Source: a virus
Lineage: Duplodnaviria > Caudoviricetes
Strand: one strand, 5' to 3'
IMG/VR virus record: IMGVR_UViG_3300009776_000003
Coordinates: 6,708-70,707 of that record
Length of the DNA stretch: 64,000 nucleotides
The first letter of the stretch is position 1; each line of letters starts with the position of its first letter. Positions 54,161 to 63,915 of this stretch are shown here, one piece after another. The position numbers and the translations under genes are program-made. Under the pieces are notes generated by a model. That model was given only the letters and a program-made list of their open reading frames with translations, was not told the DNA's origin and ran no database searches.

Positions 54161-56365
54161 CTAGGCTACTGGTTTCCGTAACGTAGTGCTCGCTTCTGCT
54201 GCTCGATTGAGAGAGGTGCTGGAAGTCGCTGCTTTTCCTATGGTCGTACTACTCTCGGCTGCCTTTGGGAGTGTTCTGTTTGACTCCGATGGTCTGCCAA
54301 TGCTGTCAGATGGCACAACCACCCTCCTTAGTACCCTTCCCCATCCTGCCTCGATGGTGATCGTCTCGCCTGACACGAACGATTCGTTGCTGATGATGTC
54401 AACGACATTCGCACCACCCCAGTCTAGCGTGACGGTCTCGTCTGTACTCTCGTCGGTCAGCGCATCGTATCCGCTGATTCCGTTCCACCAGACGTTGTCG
54501 GCGCCAGCTCGGAAGTGGTTGTTGACTAGGACTAGATACTCGTCATCGCCGTATTCCATTACATTGGCGATTAGCTCCGAACTGCCCAGATTGACAGCAG
54601 GCGTGAATGGGAGTTTGTTGGCAATGTCTGCTTGGAGTGCGGCCAGAAATAGCCTGAACTCCTCGCCAGTCATTCCGGCAGTTGACGCGGATGAGTAGTA
54701 TGGGGCTAGGCTAGATAAGTCTTCATCGTATGAGCTATAGCCAGCCTCTGCGTATGTTCCATCGAGTGCCGTTACGCCATCGAGTTCCGTTACCAGCACG
54801 CTATCGTGCGAACACATGACCGTTCCGCCACCATCTACGAATGCTTGCAGTGCGGTAAGCTCGGAGCGGCTGATGTAGTATGCGCATGGAACTATGATGC
54901 ACTCGTAGTTGCTTGGAACGCCATCGGCGATGTCTGGCGTGTACAGCCAGTCTAGCGGCTCGCCGAGTCCGAGACATGCGTAGTAGGTCCACGCTGCGGA
55001 TGCGCTACCGATCCAGTAGCGGCATTTGGAGTATGGCGTGGCAAATGTAGTTGAGTTCCTGCCATGCTCGTACATCTCGTCTGTTGTCGAGACGTAGATC
55101 GCCATCCTGCGCTGCTTGGGAGCCCAGTTCATCAGCAGCGTCTGGTGGTCGTCTCCGATTTCTCGGAACTGTCGCAGCGTCTCCCAGACTTCAGCGCCGT
55201 TGGTGTTCAGTTCGCCTGTTGTCCAGTCTCGAAAATACGCCCACCCCCAGTGAGTGGTTCCATGCGACCCCATCGCTAGCGAAAGCCAGCATCCAGCGGA
55301 GAATACGTCAGGAGACGCACCTCTGGAATATGTGGTTCCGCCGTAAGTCCATGGCTCAGCTATGTGTGGGCCAACGAGTATCCTTCGACTGGTAGCTTCT
55401 TCAATGCGATTGTGCGCGCGAATCCTCTCCACATGCCAAGCGGATTGTAGGTGAGCGAATGCGCTCATCGTCAGATACCAGCACTCCGCGTGATCACATC
55501 CGCTGAAACATCCAAGTTCGTAGATCGGATCGAAAGAAAGCTTGAACTCTGGCCAAGCTGCGTGGGCAATCTCACCGAGCATGGCGAGATGTGCTTTCCA
55601 GCTCCTGCGGGCGTAGTGCCAGCTTAGGCTCAAAAAGGTCTCGTCGTCGTCCTCGACAATTGCAGTGTCGGCGGCGCCAGTGGCTGATGGCCATAGCGTC
55701 AGCGAGTCAATTCCGTCATTTGCGGCGGCAGCGTTGGCCACATCGCCAGCCATGATGGCTGCGTCTTCTTCGCTTTTGGCCAGCAGGCCGACCAGCGTTG
55801 GAATGTTCTTGACGTAGTTGGCGATGTCGATCAACTGGCCCTTGATGCCTAGATCGATGGCGTCTCCATTGGCTGGATTCACCATCAGCGCCGTTCCCCA
55901 GTACTGATTGCGGAATGTTCCGACATACTCTGGAGAACTGGCCGACGACAGCGCGTTGGCTAGGGCCGTTGTATAGAAGTTCCAGTAGAGAACTAGCGGA
56001 GCATCGTTGTCCTCTACAAATGTCTTCCATGGATCTGACAGAACGTAGTTGCTCGCCGCCCCACCGCTGGTAAGCTGGAACAGCGAGAACCGATCCATGA
56101 GGGCAGCGGCGTTTGTCGCGTCAGTGATGTCATAGCCAGTGACATAGTAGACGTTGGCCATGTCCCACCACTTGGTATGCCAAGTGTCGGAAACGTCTAC
56201 CGTAAGCGCCGTTTTTCCGCTGATGGTTTGGAGTGACGATTCAAGATCTTCGAGCAGCGCGGTACGCTCTCCACCGTAGATCGTGGTGTACTTATCAGCG
56301 GCGCCTTGAGCGGTGCCGGTGACGGTAGCCAGATCACCTGCGGTGAAGGTGTAGTTGGTCGCCAC
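54161..56365 (-). CDS. GH42-like glycoside hydrolase-related protein with trimerisation-type domain, probably virion-associated
   Basis: LAMGSHGTTHWGW barrel end, then YECIIVPCAYY...LQAFVDGGGTV (GATase-like trimerisation domain); GTG start overlaps the upstream stop. Confidence 0.6.
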   Translation of the reverse strand: MATNYTFTAGDLATVTGTAQGAADKYTTIYGGERTALLEDLESSLQTISGKTALTVDVSDTWHTKWWDMANVYYVTGYDITDATNAAALMDRFSLFQLTSGGAASNYVLSDPWKTFVEDNDAPLVLYWNFYTTALANALSSASSPEYVGTFRNQYWGTALMVNPANGDAIDLGIKGQLIDIANYVKNIPTLVGLLAKSEEDAAIMAGDVANAAAANDGIDSLTLWPSATGAADTAIVEDDDETFLSLSWHYARRSWKAHLAMLGEIAHAAWPEFKLSFDPIYELGCFSGCDHAECWYLTMSAFAHLQSAWHVERIRAHNRIEEATSRRILVGPHIAEPWTYGGTTYSRGASPDVFSAGCWLSLAMGSHGTTHWGWAYFRDWTTGELNTNGAEVWETLRQFREIGDDHQTLLMNWAPKQRRMAIYVSTTDEMYEHGRNSTTFATPYSKCRYWIGSASAAWTYYACLGLGEPLDWLYTPDIADGVPSNYECIIVPCAYYISRSELTALQAFVDGGGTVMCSHDSVLVTELDGVTALDGTYAEAGYSSYDEDLSSLAPYYSSASTAGMTGEEFRLFLAALQADIANKLPFTPAVNLGSSELIANVMEYGDDEYLVLVNNHFRAGADNVWWNGISGYDALTDESTDETVTLDWGGANVVDIISNESFVSGETITIEAGWGRVLRRVVVPSDSIGRPSESNRTLPKAAESSTTIGKAATSSTSLNRAAEASTTLRKPVA

Positions 56366-56715
56366 TACCCACTCTCCCCAACGGTAATGCACCCACAGAC
56401 GGAGACTGAAGTACTGAGGTTCAGGACGATGGCCTCGCCTGCGCCGGTTCTCGACCAGCCGAACTCGTTCTTCGGCAGCATGAAGCCAGCGGTAGCCGAG
56501 GTGGTGTCGTTGAGCTTCAGCGGAGTGGCTGCGCTAGCGATCATGGAGCCGGATGTGCAGGTGACGTAAACGTCCACTGCCTCTGCCGCTTGGAGCACCA
56601 TGGAGACCGGCCACAGTTCCTTTCCAGTCGCTGCCGAGACAATAGTGTTATTGCCAGCAGTCGAGCACGAAATGGATTCGTGGCGGATCTTTGTGAAGGT
56701 CGGTTCGTTATACAT
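56365..56715 (-). CDS. Small beta-sandwich virion protein
   Basis: GNNTIVSA..GK...GW..T.AGEA..LNLS pattern common in phage tail regions. Confidence 0.6.
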   Translation of the reverse strand: MYNEPTFTKIRHESISCSTAGNNTIVSAATGKELWPVSMVLQAAEAVDVYVTCTSGSMIASAATPLKLNDTTSATAGFMLPKNEFGWSRTGAGEAIVLNLSTSVSVCGCITVGESG

Positions 56716-56727
56716 GATTGTCCTTTC

Positions 56728-58491
56728 TCATAATGGCCAAAGCCCAAGTCCTAATGCCGCATCGCCGCCGCGTCCCGCCGCATTTGGTTCCATTTCGGCA
56801 AATACATCCTGTTCCGCTGTCCCCATCATCCACCCCAACAAAAACGGATTCATCCTCTGCACCTCCGCAGGTGGTGCCGCTCCATCCAACCCAGTGCCGG
56901 TGAGGATGTTGGCGGCGTAAAGAGAAACAGCGTCAACGTAGATGGTGTTAGAGGTCGTAGAACTGCGAGTAATACTAAAGTTTGTGCTATCTGGCGTGAT
57001 TGAGGCATTGAATGCCTGAAACGACGTTGATAGCGTGTGATAATTAGTAACGGCTGCCGCTTCTACCTTGAATGTTGGAGTACCACTTGCCGCTCGTGCG
57101 TAGATTGTGTAGTTATATTGCTTTCCTGAGGTAACGATAGACTGACGAACCAACACTAAACTGTTTGACCCATCCACCGTCAACGCCGCCGCATTCGTCC
57201 CTGAATAAACCACCGTATCCTCTCGCGTTACGGTCGAGGTGCCTGCTACGCTCTCCGTCCAATTGGCCGCGTTGGTGGAGGTGGTCCAGTCCTCGAAGCC
57301 GCCGTTCAGGATACTCGGCGTGCTGATGGATTTGAGGGAGACATCGTCGAAGTAGGCGATGCCACCTTCGGTGGCTGGACAATAGAGGTATACCTGCAAT
57401 TGCGTCGTACTGGCTGGAGCCGTAATATCGGCTGTTACGAGTCCATACGCCCCAGCGGTAATTCCAGTGCTTGTTGTGCCAATGCTATCTTTCCACGATC
57501 CATCGTAATACCTGAGTCTGTACCGACCTGCATTCGTCCCATCTCCGGCAGCCCACAAAGAAAGCCTGTACGTGGTTCCAGCAGTAGCCGACACCGCTTG
57601 ATTAAGACTGGTCAATAACCCAGCGCCCGCAGTCACTTTACATGCGTTGGTGCCAACATGCTTGAGAGTTGTCTCGACTTCGATGTTTCCATCCGTTACG
57701 CCTTCGCTCCAGTTGGCAAAATTCGCTGGCGGTCCCGCAGCCGTTACAGTCTCAAAACCGCCATCAACTACCAACTCGCTCCCATACACCCTCGGACTAA
57801 TAATCGCCGCAGCCGACAGCGTCAAATCATTGCTGCCATGCGAGTCCGCAGCGGTGGTGCCTGAGGCGTTGAGATACCAGTAGCTCACCAGACCGCTTTT
57901 CAACTGCGCACCATCCGTTCCGGCGATGCCCCAAGCGTTGTACTTGTAGGGTGTGCCGCTGTTGTAGAGGAAGGCGACTTCGGCGGCGGTGAGGAGGCGG
58001 GAGTGGATGCTGAGGTCTTGGACGTTCCCATCGTAGTACACAGACAAACTGCCTTTTCCAACCTGAAAGGCGTTTGTTGAATTTATCGAACTCGCCGCCA
58101 AAGACGAAATGTCTACCGTTGCAGCGGGAACCAACACGCCGTTCAGATACAACAACATATTTCCATCGCGGTCATAGGTGACTGCAAAATGCGTCCATGT
58201 TGCCAGCGGGATGACTGTCGTTGCGTGACTGACGGTAGTAATACGGCTCGACCCATTGCAAATCATGCCAATCACGTTTCGAGAGCCGTCGATGGTTACG
58301 TTGTAGCCGGTATCAGCAGTGGAGTCGCAGCCCTTGTACACTAGGCGAGTAAATGCCGCAGCACTGGTGAGCCTTATCCAGCCAGAAATTGCCCAGTCCG
58401 ACGTGAGCATGTCCAGCCCACTCTGCGCAGCGTCGGTGATGGCGAACCACGACTTATCGGTAGCGACAAACGAAACAGCGTTAGTAGCCAT
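56728..58491 (-). CDS. LamG / CBM4-9 carbohydrate-binding receptor-binding-type protein
   Basis: ISGWI...WTHFAVTYD...LYLNG (LamG) and two (L/V)..GGFE CBM-like repeats. Confidence 0.8.
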   Translation of the reverse strand: MATNAVSFVATDKSWFAITDAAQSGLDMLTSDWAISGWIRLTSAAAFTRLVYKGCDSTADTGYNVTIDGSRNVIGMICNGSSRITTVSHATTVIPLATWTHFAVTYDRDGNMLLYLNGVLVPAATVDISSLAASSINSTNAFQVGKGSLSVYYDGNVQDLSIHSRLLTAAEVAFLYNSGTPYKYNAWGIAGTDGAQLKSGLVSYWYLNASGTTAADSHGSNDLTLSAAAIISPRVYGSELVVDGGFETVTAAGPPANFANWSEGVTDGNIEVETTLKHVGTNACKVTAGAGLLTSLNQAVSATAGTTYRLSLWAAGDGTNAGRYRLRYYDGSWKDSIGTTSTGITAGAYGLVTADITAPASTTQLQVYLYCPATEGGIAYFDDVSLKSISTPSILNGGFEDWTTSTNAANWTESVAGTSTVTREDTVVYSGTNAAALTVDGSNSLVLVRQSIVTSGKQYNYTIYARAASGTPTFKVEAAAVTNYHTLSTSFQAFNASITPDSTNFSITRSSTTSNTIYVDAVSLYAANILTGTGLDGAAPPAEVQRMNPFLLGWMMGTAEQDVFAEMEPNAAGRGGDAALGLGLWPL

Positions 58492-58500
58492 CAGCGGCTC

Positions 58501-58821
58501 CTACTTATTTTTGGCGGCGTCAATGGCAGCTTGCTTCTCGACGTTCTCAACGAACTTCGTTCCGATAAGCGGACTTTTGGCGTTCTCGGCAGTCAGCCTC
58601 GCGCGTGCTTCGTCTTTGACCTGATACCACGCGACTTGGAGAATATCCTCCTGCGAGAGCGCTTTGCCGTCTTTGCCAACGCAGTCCTTCAGCGCGACGG
58701 TGGTGGTGAGGTAGATGTCCGCTCGGCCAGATGTCGGCGTGACTTTGAAAGCCACGCCCCAGCCGGTCGGCTCTTCTGGCGGTTCGAGTTTCATGTAGCA
58801 GGTGGTGATTTCTTCGGCCAT
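58501..58821 (-). CDS. Hypothetical protein (possible fibre chaperone)
   Basis: AAAGGA RBS; lies between fibre-like genes. Confidence 0.5.
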   Translation of the reverse strand: MAEEITTCYMKLEPPEEPTGWGVAFKVTPTSGRADIYLTTTVALKDCVGKDGKALSQEDILQVAWYQVKDEARARLTAENAKSPLIGTKFVENVEKQAAIDAAKNK

Positions 58822-58839
58822 TATCGGTATCCTTTCGTG

Positions 58840-59775
58840 TTAGGCGTTGCGTCCGACAGAACAGTATCGCGTGTACTCCGCACCGCCGTAGGTAAACGTA
58901 AACGCGACCTCCGCGACTTGACCAGCACTCAGCCGCGTGCTCGTCTCTTCGTGTACCCACGCCTTGGTGCCAAACACTACCGGCGTTTGGGCGTTGACAA
59001 CCACCGTATCGTCTTTGAGTAGGACGCTGATAAGCGGCGTGCTGATACTCGCTTGAGCGATGGGGATACCGTTGAGGCATGGGATCAGCACGTACTGGTC
59101 TTTGGTCGCTGAGCGGTAGAACTTGCCTTCAATCGTGACGACATCGAATTCTGCCGCAAGCTCCGTTGCCGTATCGACACCAGCAAGCACCGCGTTATAC
59201 GCCGTCTCGTACCAGAGGATTTCGTAGGTCGTATCGCTACTGGGATTGGTTTCCCACGCTGGCGTGACCGTACAGACTTTCGTGGTGGCGTTGTAGGCAG
59301 TAATGCGTCGTACCTGATTGTTAGCCGAACCGCTGCCGCCTGCGCCACCAGTGCCTCCGGTTGTCTTCACCAATGCACCGGCGAAGTGGTTTTCAATCGC
59401 GGAGGCGTCTGCGGCTAGCGTAATGCTGGTGTTGCCTCCAGCCTGTGCAGTGCCGCTAGCCAGTACCGGCAGCACTCGCGGATAAACGACGAGCACCGTA
59501 TTCTTCGCGGTAGGCGAACCGTCGCTGTCCTTGGCTTGGATAAGCAGAACATTGCCGTTCGTCTCGTCGCCGGTCAGCGTGAGGTAGCCGGTGCCGGTGC
59601 CTACGGCTGTTACTTCGTTCGTGCAGTCGCCGTATGCGGCGTAGTCAATGCTGACTTCTGTGTCCGCCGTTCCGGCGTTAGTTGGATCGCCGTCTGCATC
59701 AAGCATTACGACAGGGCAGTTCCATTTGGCACCCTGAATACAGTCGCGGAGATTGTGAGTAGCGCTGTTGGCCAT
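58840..59775 (-). CDS. Virion structural protein (beta-rich, T/G/A-rich)
   Basis: GTAQAG..TSITLA...VRRITAYNATTKV.TV...W.T.P repeat typical of phage tail proteins. Confidence 0.6.
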   Translation of the reverse strand: MANSATHNLRDCIQGAKWNCPVVMLDADGDPTNAGTADTEVSIDYAAYGDCTNEVTAVGTGTGYLTLTGDETNGNVLLIQAKDSDGSPTAKNTVLVVYPRVLPVLASGTAQAGGNTSITLAADASAIENHFAGALVKTTGGTGGAGGSGSANNQVRRITAYNATTKVCTVTPAWETNPSSDTTYEILWYETAYNAVLAGVDTATELAAEFDVVTIEGKFYRSATKDQYVLIPCLNGIPIAQASISTPLISVLLKDDTVVVNAQTPVVFGTKAWVHEETSTRLSAGQVAEVAFTFTYGGAEYTRYCSVGRNA

Positions 59776-59776
59776 G

Positions 59777-60445
59777 TTAAGTCATCCTCACGCAAGGAGG
59801 GAGTAGGAGTGATCGTATATTGTTTGGTACTGCCCAAAACCGTCTGACTTGTGGATTAGACGTAACCACCGGCGCATTGTCTGTCCAGTCGTCAAAAATA
59901 CAGCGTGTTAGGTTAGTGCCGTTGTCGAACGACGCAAAACCTGGATTCCCTGCCGAGAGCGGTGAAGCGTCTGCTATTCCTGAACCACGTTCAGTTCCGT
60001 CCACGTCAAGATGGATAACAGTAGACGCGCCACTACCTGATACCCACAGCCTAACGGTGTGGTCGGAGCCCCAAGGGACGTTAAGTGTGGTGGTGAAATA
60101 GTCTACGAACACGCCGTTTTTGTTCAGGCCAGCTCGCCCGAAATTCAAGGCGTTCTGCGTCCCCAAATAGGCCGCATAGCCCATGTTCGTGCCGTCCGAA
60201 CGGATGGTAACGTAGCGTCCGTTGTAATAGGCATCTAGCCCCTTGAAAACGATCTGGCTTTCATCGCGTGTGCTAGTGGTGTACCTGCCGCCACCGGACG
60301 CACTTGTGCTGGCCACTTTAGCCAGTCCGCTATTGATTTTCATATTTGCGACAACGTATGTCGCGGTAACATCTCCCCAATTTGCATCGTGCGTTGCGAG
60401 TGCTGTGTCATCAACGCCAGTAAAACTATCAGAAGCCATCTGCAT
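59777..60445 (-). CDS. Lectin-like beta-sandwich virion protein
   Basis: ASDSFTG..., L...G.PGF...FDDW pattern. Confidence 0.55.
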   Translation of the reverse strand: MQMASDSFTGVDDTALATHDANWGDVTATYVVANMKINSGLAKVASTSASGGGRYTTSTRDESQIVFKGLDAYYNGRYVTIRSDGTNMGYAAYLGTQNALNFGRAGLNKNGVFVDYFTTTLNVPWGSDHTVRLWVSGSGASTVIHLDVDGTERGSGIADASPLSAGNPGFASFDNGTNLTRCIFDDWTDNAPVVTSNPQVRRFWAVPNNIRSLLLPPCVRMT

Positions 60446-62543
60446 TCCTTATAAGCGTTGGATTTCCGGCCACCACAGATACTGTTAATTGCGCGGTAGC
60501 GGTCGTCTCGTCATCGCCGTTCGCGGTCAGTATATAGGTGGTTGATTCTGTAGGTCGCACCGTAACGCTCCCATCGGCGGCAGTCGCGCCTGGAACCCCT
60601 GATAGCGTGACCGTATTTGCATCGGTGGTTGTCCACGACAGCGTGACCGCCTCACCGCGCACAACGGATTCCGCCGTCGCCGCAAACGTATTGATCGTTG
60701 GTGGAACGACTTCAGATTGCAGAATCAGGACCGCGCCCTCAGCGTTGCGAAGGCTTATTTCTGTAATCGGATCTCCCAACGCGCCGGTAGAGTCCACACT
60801 CCTATACGTGCCTCCTAGTGAGTACGGTCCTGTCAGCGAGGTATCGCCGCATACAGAATCACGCAAGCCTTTGGACGAAACTCCCAACGGTTTGAACAGG
60901 ACTTTTCCCTTGGTAAAGGTGCGCCCATAGACCTTGCTGTAGTATCCTGGATTTCCAGGATTTGCAACAGGTGAAGCTGTTATTTCGGCCATCTCGCTCG
61001 TAGGCGTTCCGATATCAACCTCTAGCGCGCCAAACCACTGATATAGTTGCGGGTCGTATGTAAAATTCGTTGCGTGGTTGTAGGTCAACCATACGCCGCC
61101 AGCGGTCGGATAGTCAGCTGATGGGTAGACGCACAGATAATAGGCGGCAAGTGCGGCTACTTGATCTCGGCCTAAACTGACTCCATACGCCGACGCCTCC
61201 TGCCAGCGCCAGTGTATGCCGATGTTTGCATCGTAGGATCGCATGGCAGTAAGCACACCGCCGATACGTGATGCAAATAGGTCGTACTGCCACGCAAACA
61301 TACCAGCGTAAGTTTCCGCCAGCGAGATATCGTGGTACTGGAATCCGTCATATGCGGATGCGTTTCTCAAGTCGGATGCTATATTTGGTGCCCACACTTT
61401 GTCACCAAATGCGGCAGGAACTGCTGCGGCTTGAGTGACTACTGCTGCGCCGGTGGCGGTGTTATTGGGAGCCTCCTTGAACACGCCAATATTGCTCAGA
61501 TTGTAAGATGCAAAGTTATCCTCAAAGACGCCGTTATAATCCGTAGTAGAGTCCGCGTAGTCGCGCAGATATTGAGCGTGCCACGCAACTGCGTTTGCAT
61601 CTGCGCTCATCCAAAAACGGCGAAAATAGGCGTTGCCAACGCCGTAGGTTGCCCGCGCATGATGCTGGAAGCGGGCTGTCGCGTTAGCATTCACTGGGGA
61701 CGCATACTCTGCATCATTAAGCCATCCGTCGCTATCGAGATCATTTGCAGAATCCCATGCATAAAAACGCCAAGCGCCGCTGCTATATGAAACCGGCCTG
61801 TCTTGCAACCGCTGACCAATAGTTGGAGGCGTAGCGGGCGTTTCGGTTGTTTTTACGCGGATATAGTAGGCGTTGTAACTGTCGGTGCTTACTTTTGTCC
61901 ACGCCCAATCGGTTGGCGGCGCAAACGACACCGTCCCGCTAGCGGCAAAATCACTCGTTCCGTCCGTTACCGTCAGTGCCGACCACGCCTCGCCGTCCCA
62001 GTATTCCCATGACAAATCCGCACCAGAAGCAGCGACCGACATTGTGAGACGAACTTGGCTGAAACGACCTTCCGTGTATCCGAAATACACGTACTCGTCT
62101 GTGTCGGTTAGACACTGGGTAGCAGTGGTTGTTCCGATAGACGAGTATGCTGATCCGTTGTAGTACCAGACTGTCGTAAACTGCTCAACGTCCAGCAGTT
62201 CATCCGTTCCTGACTTTGTCGCATTTGCGTCCCAGTGCCAGAACATTGCCTCGTATTGTGCAGGCGTAAGACCTTGGGAGTCTCGCCAAGCAAGCCGATG
62301 CAGACCGATTGTCGAAAACGTATTCGTCGCTCTCGGCGAGGCGTATGTCAACTGGATCGTGTTCGCCGCGTCCGTCCATTCTGGATAGTCCGCAATCTGA
62401 TACTGGTCGGCAATCACGATGTCAAAGTGTTCCGCCGTGAACTGTAGTGACTCGACCGTGTACTGATACGGATAGCGATAATCCCAGATGAACGTCCGCA
62501 CGCTCGGATAATGGCGATTCGCGGTTATGTCGATCTTGGCCAC
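60429..62543 (-). CDS. Putative glycoside hydrolase (GHL15-like) with C-terminal Ig/PKD-like domain
   Basis: FWHW, NGVFEDN, AALAAYYL, DIGTP and VYGRTFTKGKV motifs, then GEAVTLSWTTTDA..VT...V.PT.STTY.LTA. Confidence 0.6.
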   Translation of the reverse strand: MAKIDITANRHYPSVRTFIWDYRYPYQYTVESLQFTAEHFDIVIADQYQIADYPEWTDAANTIQLTYASPRATNTFSTIGLHRLAWRDSQGLTPAQYEAMFWHWDANATKSGTDELLDVEQFTTVWYYNGSAYSSIGTTTATQCLTDTDEYVYFGYTEGRFSQVRLTMSVAASGADLSWEYWDGEAWSALTVTDGTSDFAASGTVSFAPPTDWAWTKVSTDSYNAYYIRVKTTETPATPPTIGQRLQDRPVSYSSGAWRFYAWDSANDLDSDGWLNDAEYASPVNANATARFQHHARATYGVGNAYFRRFWMSADANAVAWHAQYLRDYADSTTDYNGVFEDNFASYNLSNIGVFKEAPNNTATGAAVVTQAAAVPAAFGDKVWAPNIASDLRNASAYDGFQYHDISLAETYAGMFAWQYDLFASRIGGVLTAMRSYDANIGIHWRWQEASAYGVSLGRDQVAALAAYYLCVYPSADYPTAGGVWLTYNHATNFTYDPQLYQWFGALEVDIGTPTSEMAEITASPVANPGNPGYYSKVYGRTFTKGKVLFKPLGVSSKGLRDSVCGDTSLTGPYSLGGTYRSVDSTGALGDPITEISLRNAEGAVLILQSEVVPPTINTFAATAESVVRGEAVTLSWTTTDANTVTLSGVPGATAADGSVTVRPTESTTYILTANGDDETTATAQLTVSVVAGNPTLIRNADGF

Positions 62544-62545
62544 GC

Positions 62546-62866
62546 TTAGCCTCCGTTCGGTTCCGCACCCAATTGACGAGCGATGCCGTCAACCTGCGCG
62601 GCGGTGTGTTCGCAGTCCTTGTGATGCGTTTCAGCCGCTTGGTAGTGCTTGTCTGCTTTGTTGCAGAGGTCTTTGAGGTTCGGTGCTAACTCACGCATTG
62701 CGGCGGTCACTTCGCGTGTGTTCTGGCGGCTGTCCTCGATGAGCGAGTTGAAGGTATTTTGTGCGTTGTACATCAGCCATGCCGCGATAACGCCGAGTGC
62801 GCCGTAGTTGATGAGGGTTTTTAAGCCGCCGTTGAAGAACCAGCTTTGAAATGTCTTGACCACCAC
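62546..62866 (-). CDS. Holin-like membrane protein
   Basis: One N-terminal TM segment (LINYGALGVIAAWLMY) followed by a coiled coil. Confidence 0.45.
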   Translation of the reverse strand: MVVKTFQSWFFNGGLKTLINYGALGVIAAWLMYNAQNTFNSLIEDSRQNTREVTAAMRELAPNLKDLCNKADKHYQAAETHHKDCEHTAAQVDGIARQLGAEPNGG

Positions 62867-62880
62867 TTTATCTCCACTTT

Positions 62881-63045
62881 CTAGTGAAGGTGTTCGTATT
62901 CCTTCACTCGTTCAAGATCGCTCGTTCTGCCGCAGCGTGGGCAGGTGAACTGGCGTATCCTTTCCTCCGCAGGAAACTCTGCGACTTGATGGCAACGCGG
63001 ACAGACGATCCGCTGCCACTTCGGATGTCTCTTGAGTTCCTGCAT
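62881..63045 (-). CDS. 54-aa Zn-ribbon protein (missed by the ORF track)
   Basis: MQELKRHPKWQRIVCPRCHQVAEFPAEERIRQFTCPRCGRTSDLERVKEYEHLH. Confidence 0.55.
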   Translation of the reverse strand: MQELKRHPKWQRIVCPRCHQVAEFPAEERIRQFTCPRCGRTSDLERVKEYEHLH

Positions 63046-63082
63046 TTAGCCGCTCATCGACACGATGAGCCTAAGATGCCGT

Positions 63083-63463
63083 TCACGAACCGCCTACGCG
63101 CACCGCTGATTGCGTAGGCACATAGAGGCTGAAAGGGTTGGCGCGGCGAAGGGCGTTACGGAGAATAGAAAGAGAGTGGAGACCAACGTACTGATCGGCG
63201 ACGCGAGTCTTTCGCACGCCGTTTTCCATGGTGACAACCACAACTACCGAGGTTGGGATGCGATTGACTCCATACGCTCTGGCGTAGTTGAGGTTCTTGT
63301 TGACATCGACTATCCAGACTGCGATTCCATCCTGTTGCAGCCTAGCGATTGTGGGCTCCATTTGGCGGCAAAATTGGCAGTTCTTGGGCGAGGTGAAGTA
63401 GACGACGCCTACTTCGTAGTCTGGCGGCGCGGAGAGGAGAGTGAAGAGGAGGAGTGAGATCAT
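63083..63463 (-). CDS. Exported thioredoxin-fold protein
   Basis: Hydrophobic N-terminus, YFTSPKNCQFCRQMEP (CxxC) and GVNRIPT. Confidence 0.8.
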   Translation of the reverse strand: MISLLLFTLLSAPPDYEVGVVYFTSPKNCQFCRQMEPTIARLQQDGIAVWIVDVNKNLNYARAYGVNRIPTSVVVVVTMENGVRKTRVADQYVGLHSLSILRNALRRANPFSLYVPTQSAVRVGGS

Positions 63464-63798
63464 GATTCGTTCGATCCTTCCTGCGGAGGCGATAGCAGAA
63501 TGAAGATCGAAATGAGCGAAGCAATCAGTTGGAGTATTTCAGGAAGGTGCGACTTGATCCAGTCGATGAGACTTCCCCAATCGAACGGAGCTGATACTCC
63601 AGCCATGACTTGTTCAGCGTGATAGCCAATCGCCGCATCGTCTTCGATCTCGTCCAGCAGATCGATACGCTTGCCAGCCCTGTTCCAACGGTGTGGAGAG
63701 CGGATTGCATTGTGGAGAACATTTGCGTCCTCTTCGGATATTTCCCCACGAAGTTCTGCGAGGCGAACGGCGCGACGGAAGGCGAGGCGGAACAGCAT
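63460..63798 (-). CDS. Hypothetical protein with hydrophobic C-terminus
   Basis: FDWGSLIDWIK..LPEILQLIASLISIF. Confidence 0.6.
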   Translation of the reverse strand: MLFRLAFRRAVRLAELRGEISEEDANVLHNAIRSPHRWNRAGKRIDLLDEIEDDAAIGYHAEQVMAGVSAPFDWGSLIDWIKSHLPEILQLIASLISIFILLSPPQEGSNES

Positions 63799-63804
63799 GG
63801 CAAC

Positions 63805-63915
63805 CTACCTACAGAACGCATCCCAAAACGTGTAAGCGAACCACGCGAACGCAGCGCCGATGCCGATGGCAACTCCAACAACCAGACATCCGGCGACGAT
63901 GAGCGTGATCTTCAT
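63805..63915 (-). CDS. 36-aa membrane peptide
   Basis: MKITLIVAGCLVVGVAIGIGAAFAWFAYTFWDAFCR; overlaps the stop of a truncated upstream gene. Confidence 0.45.
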   Translation of the reverse strand: MKITLIVAGCLVVGVAIGIGAAFAWFAYTFWDAFCR

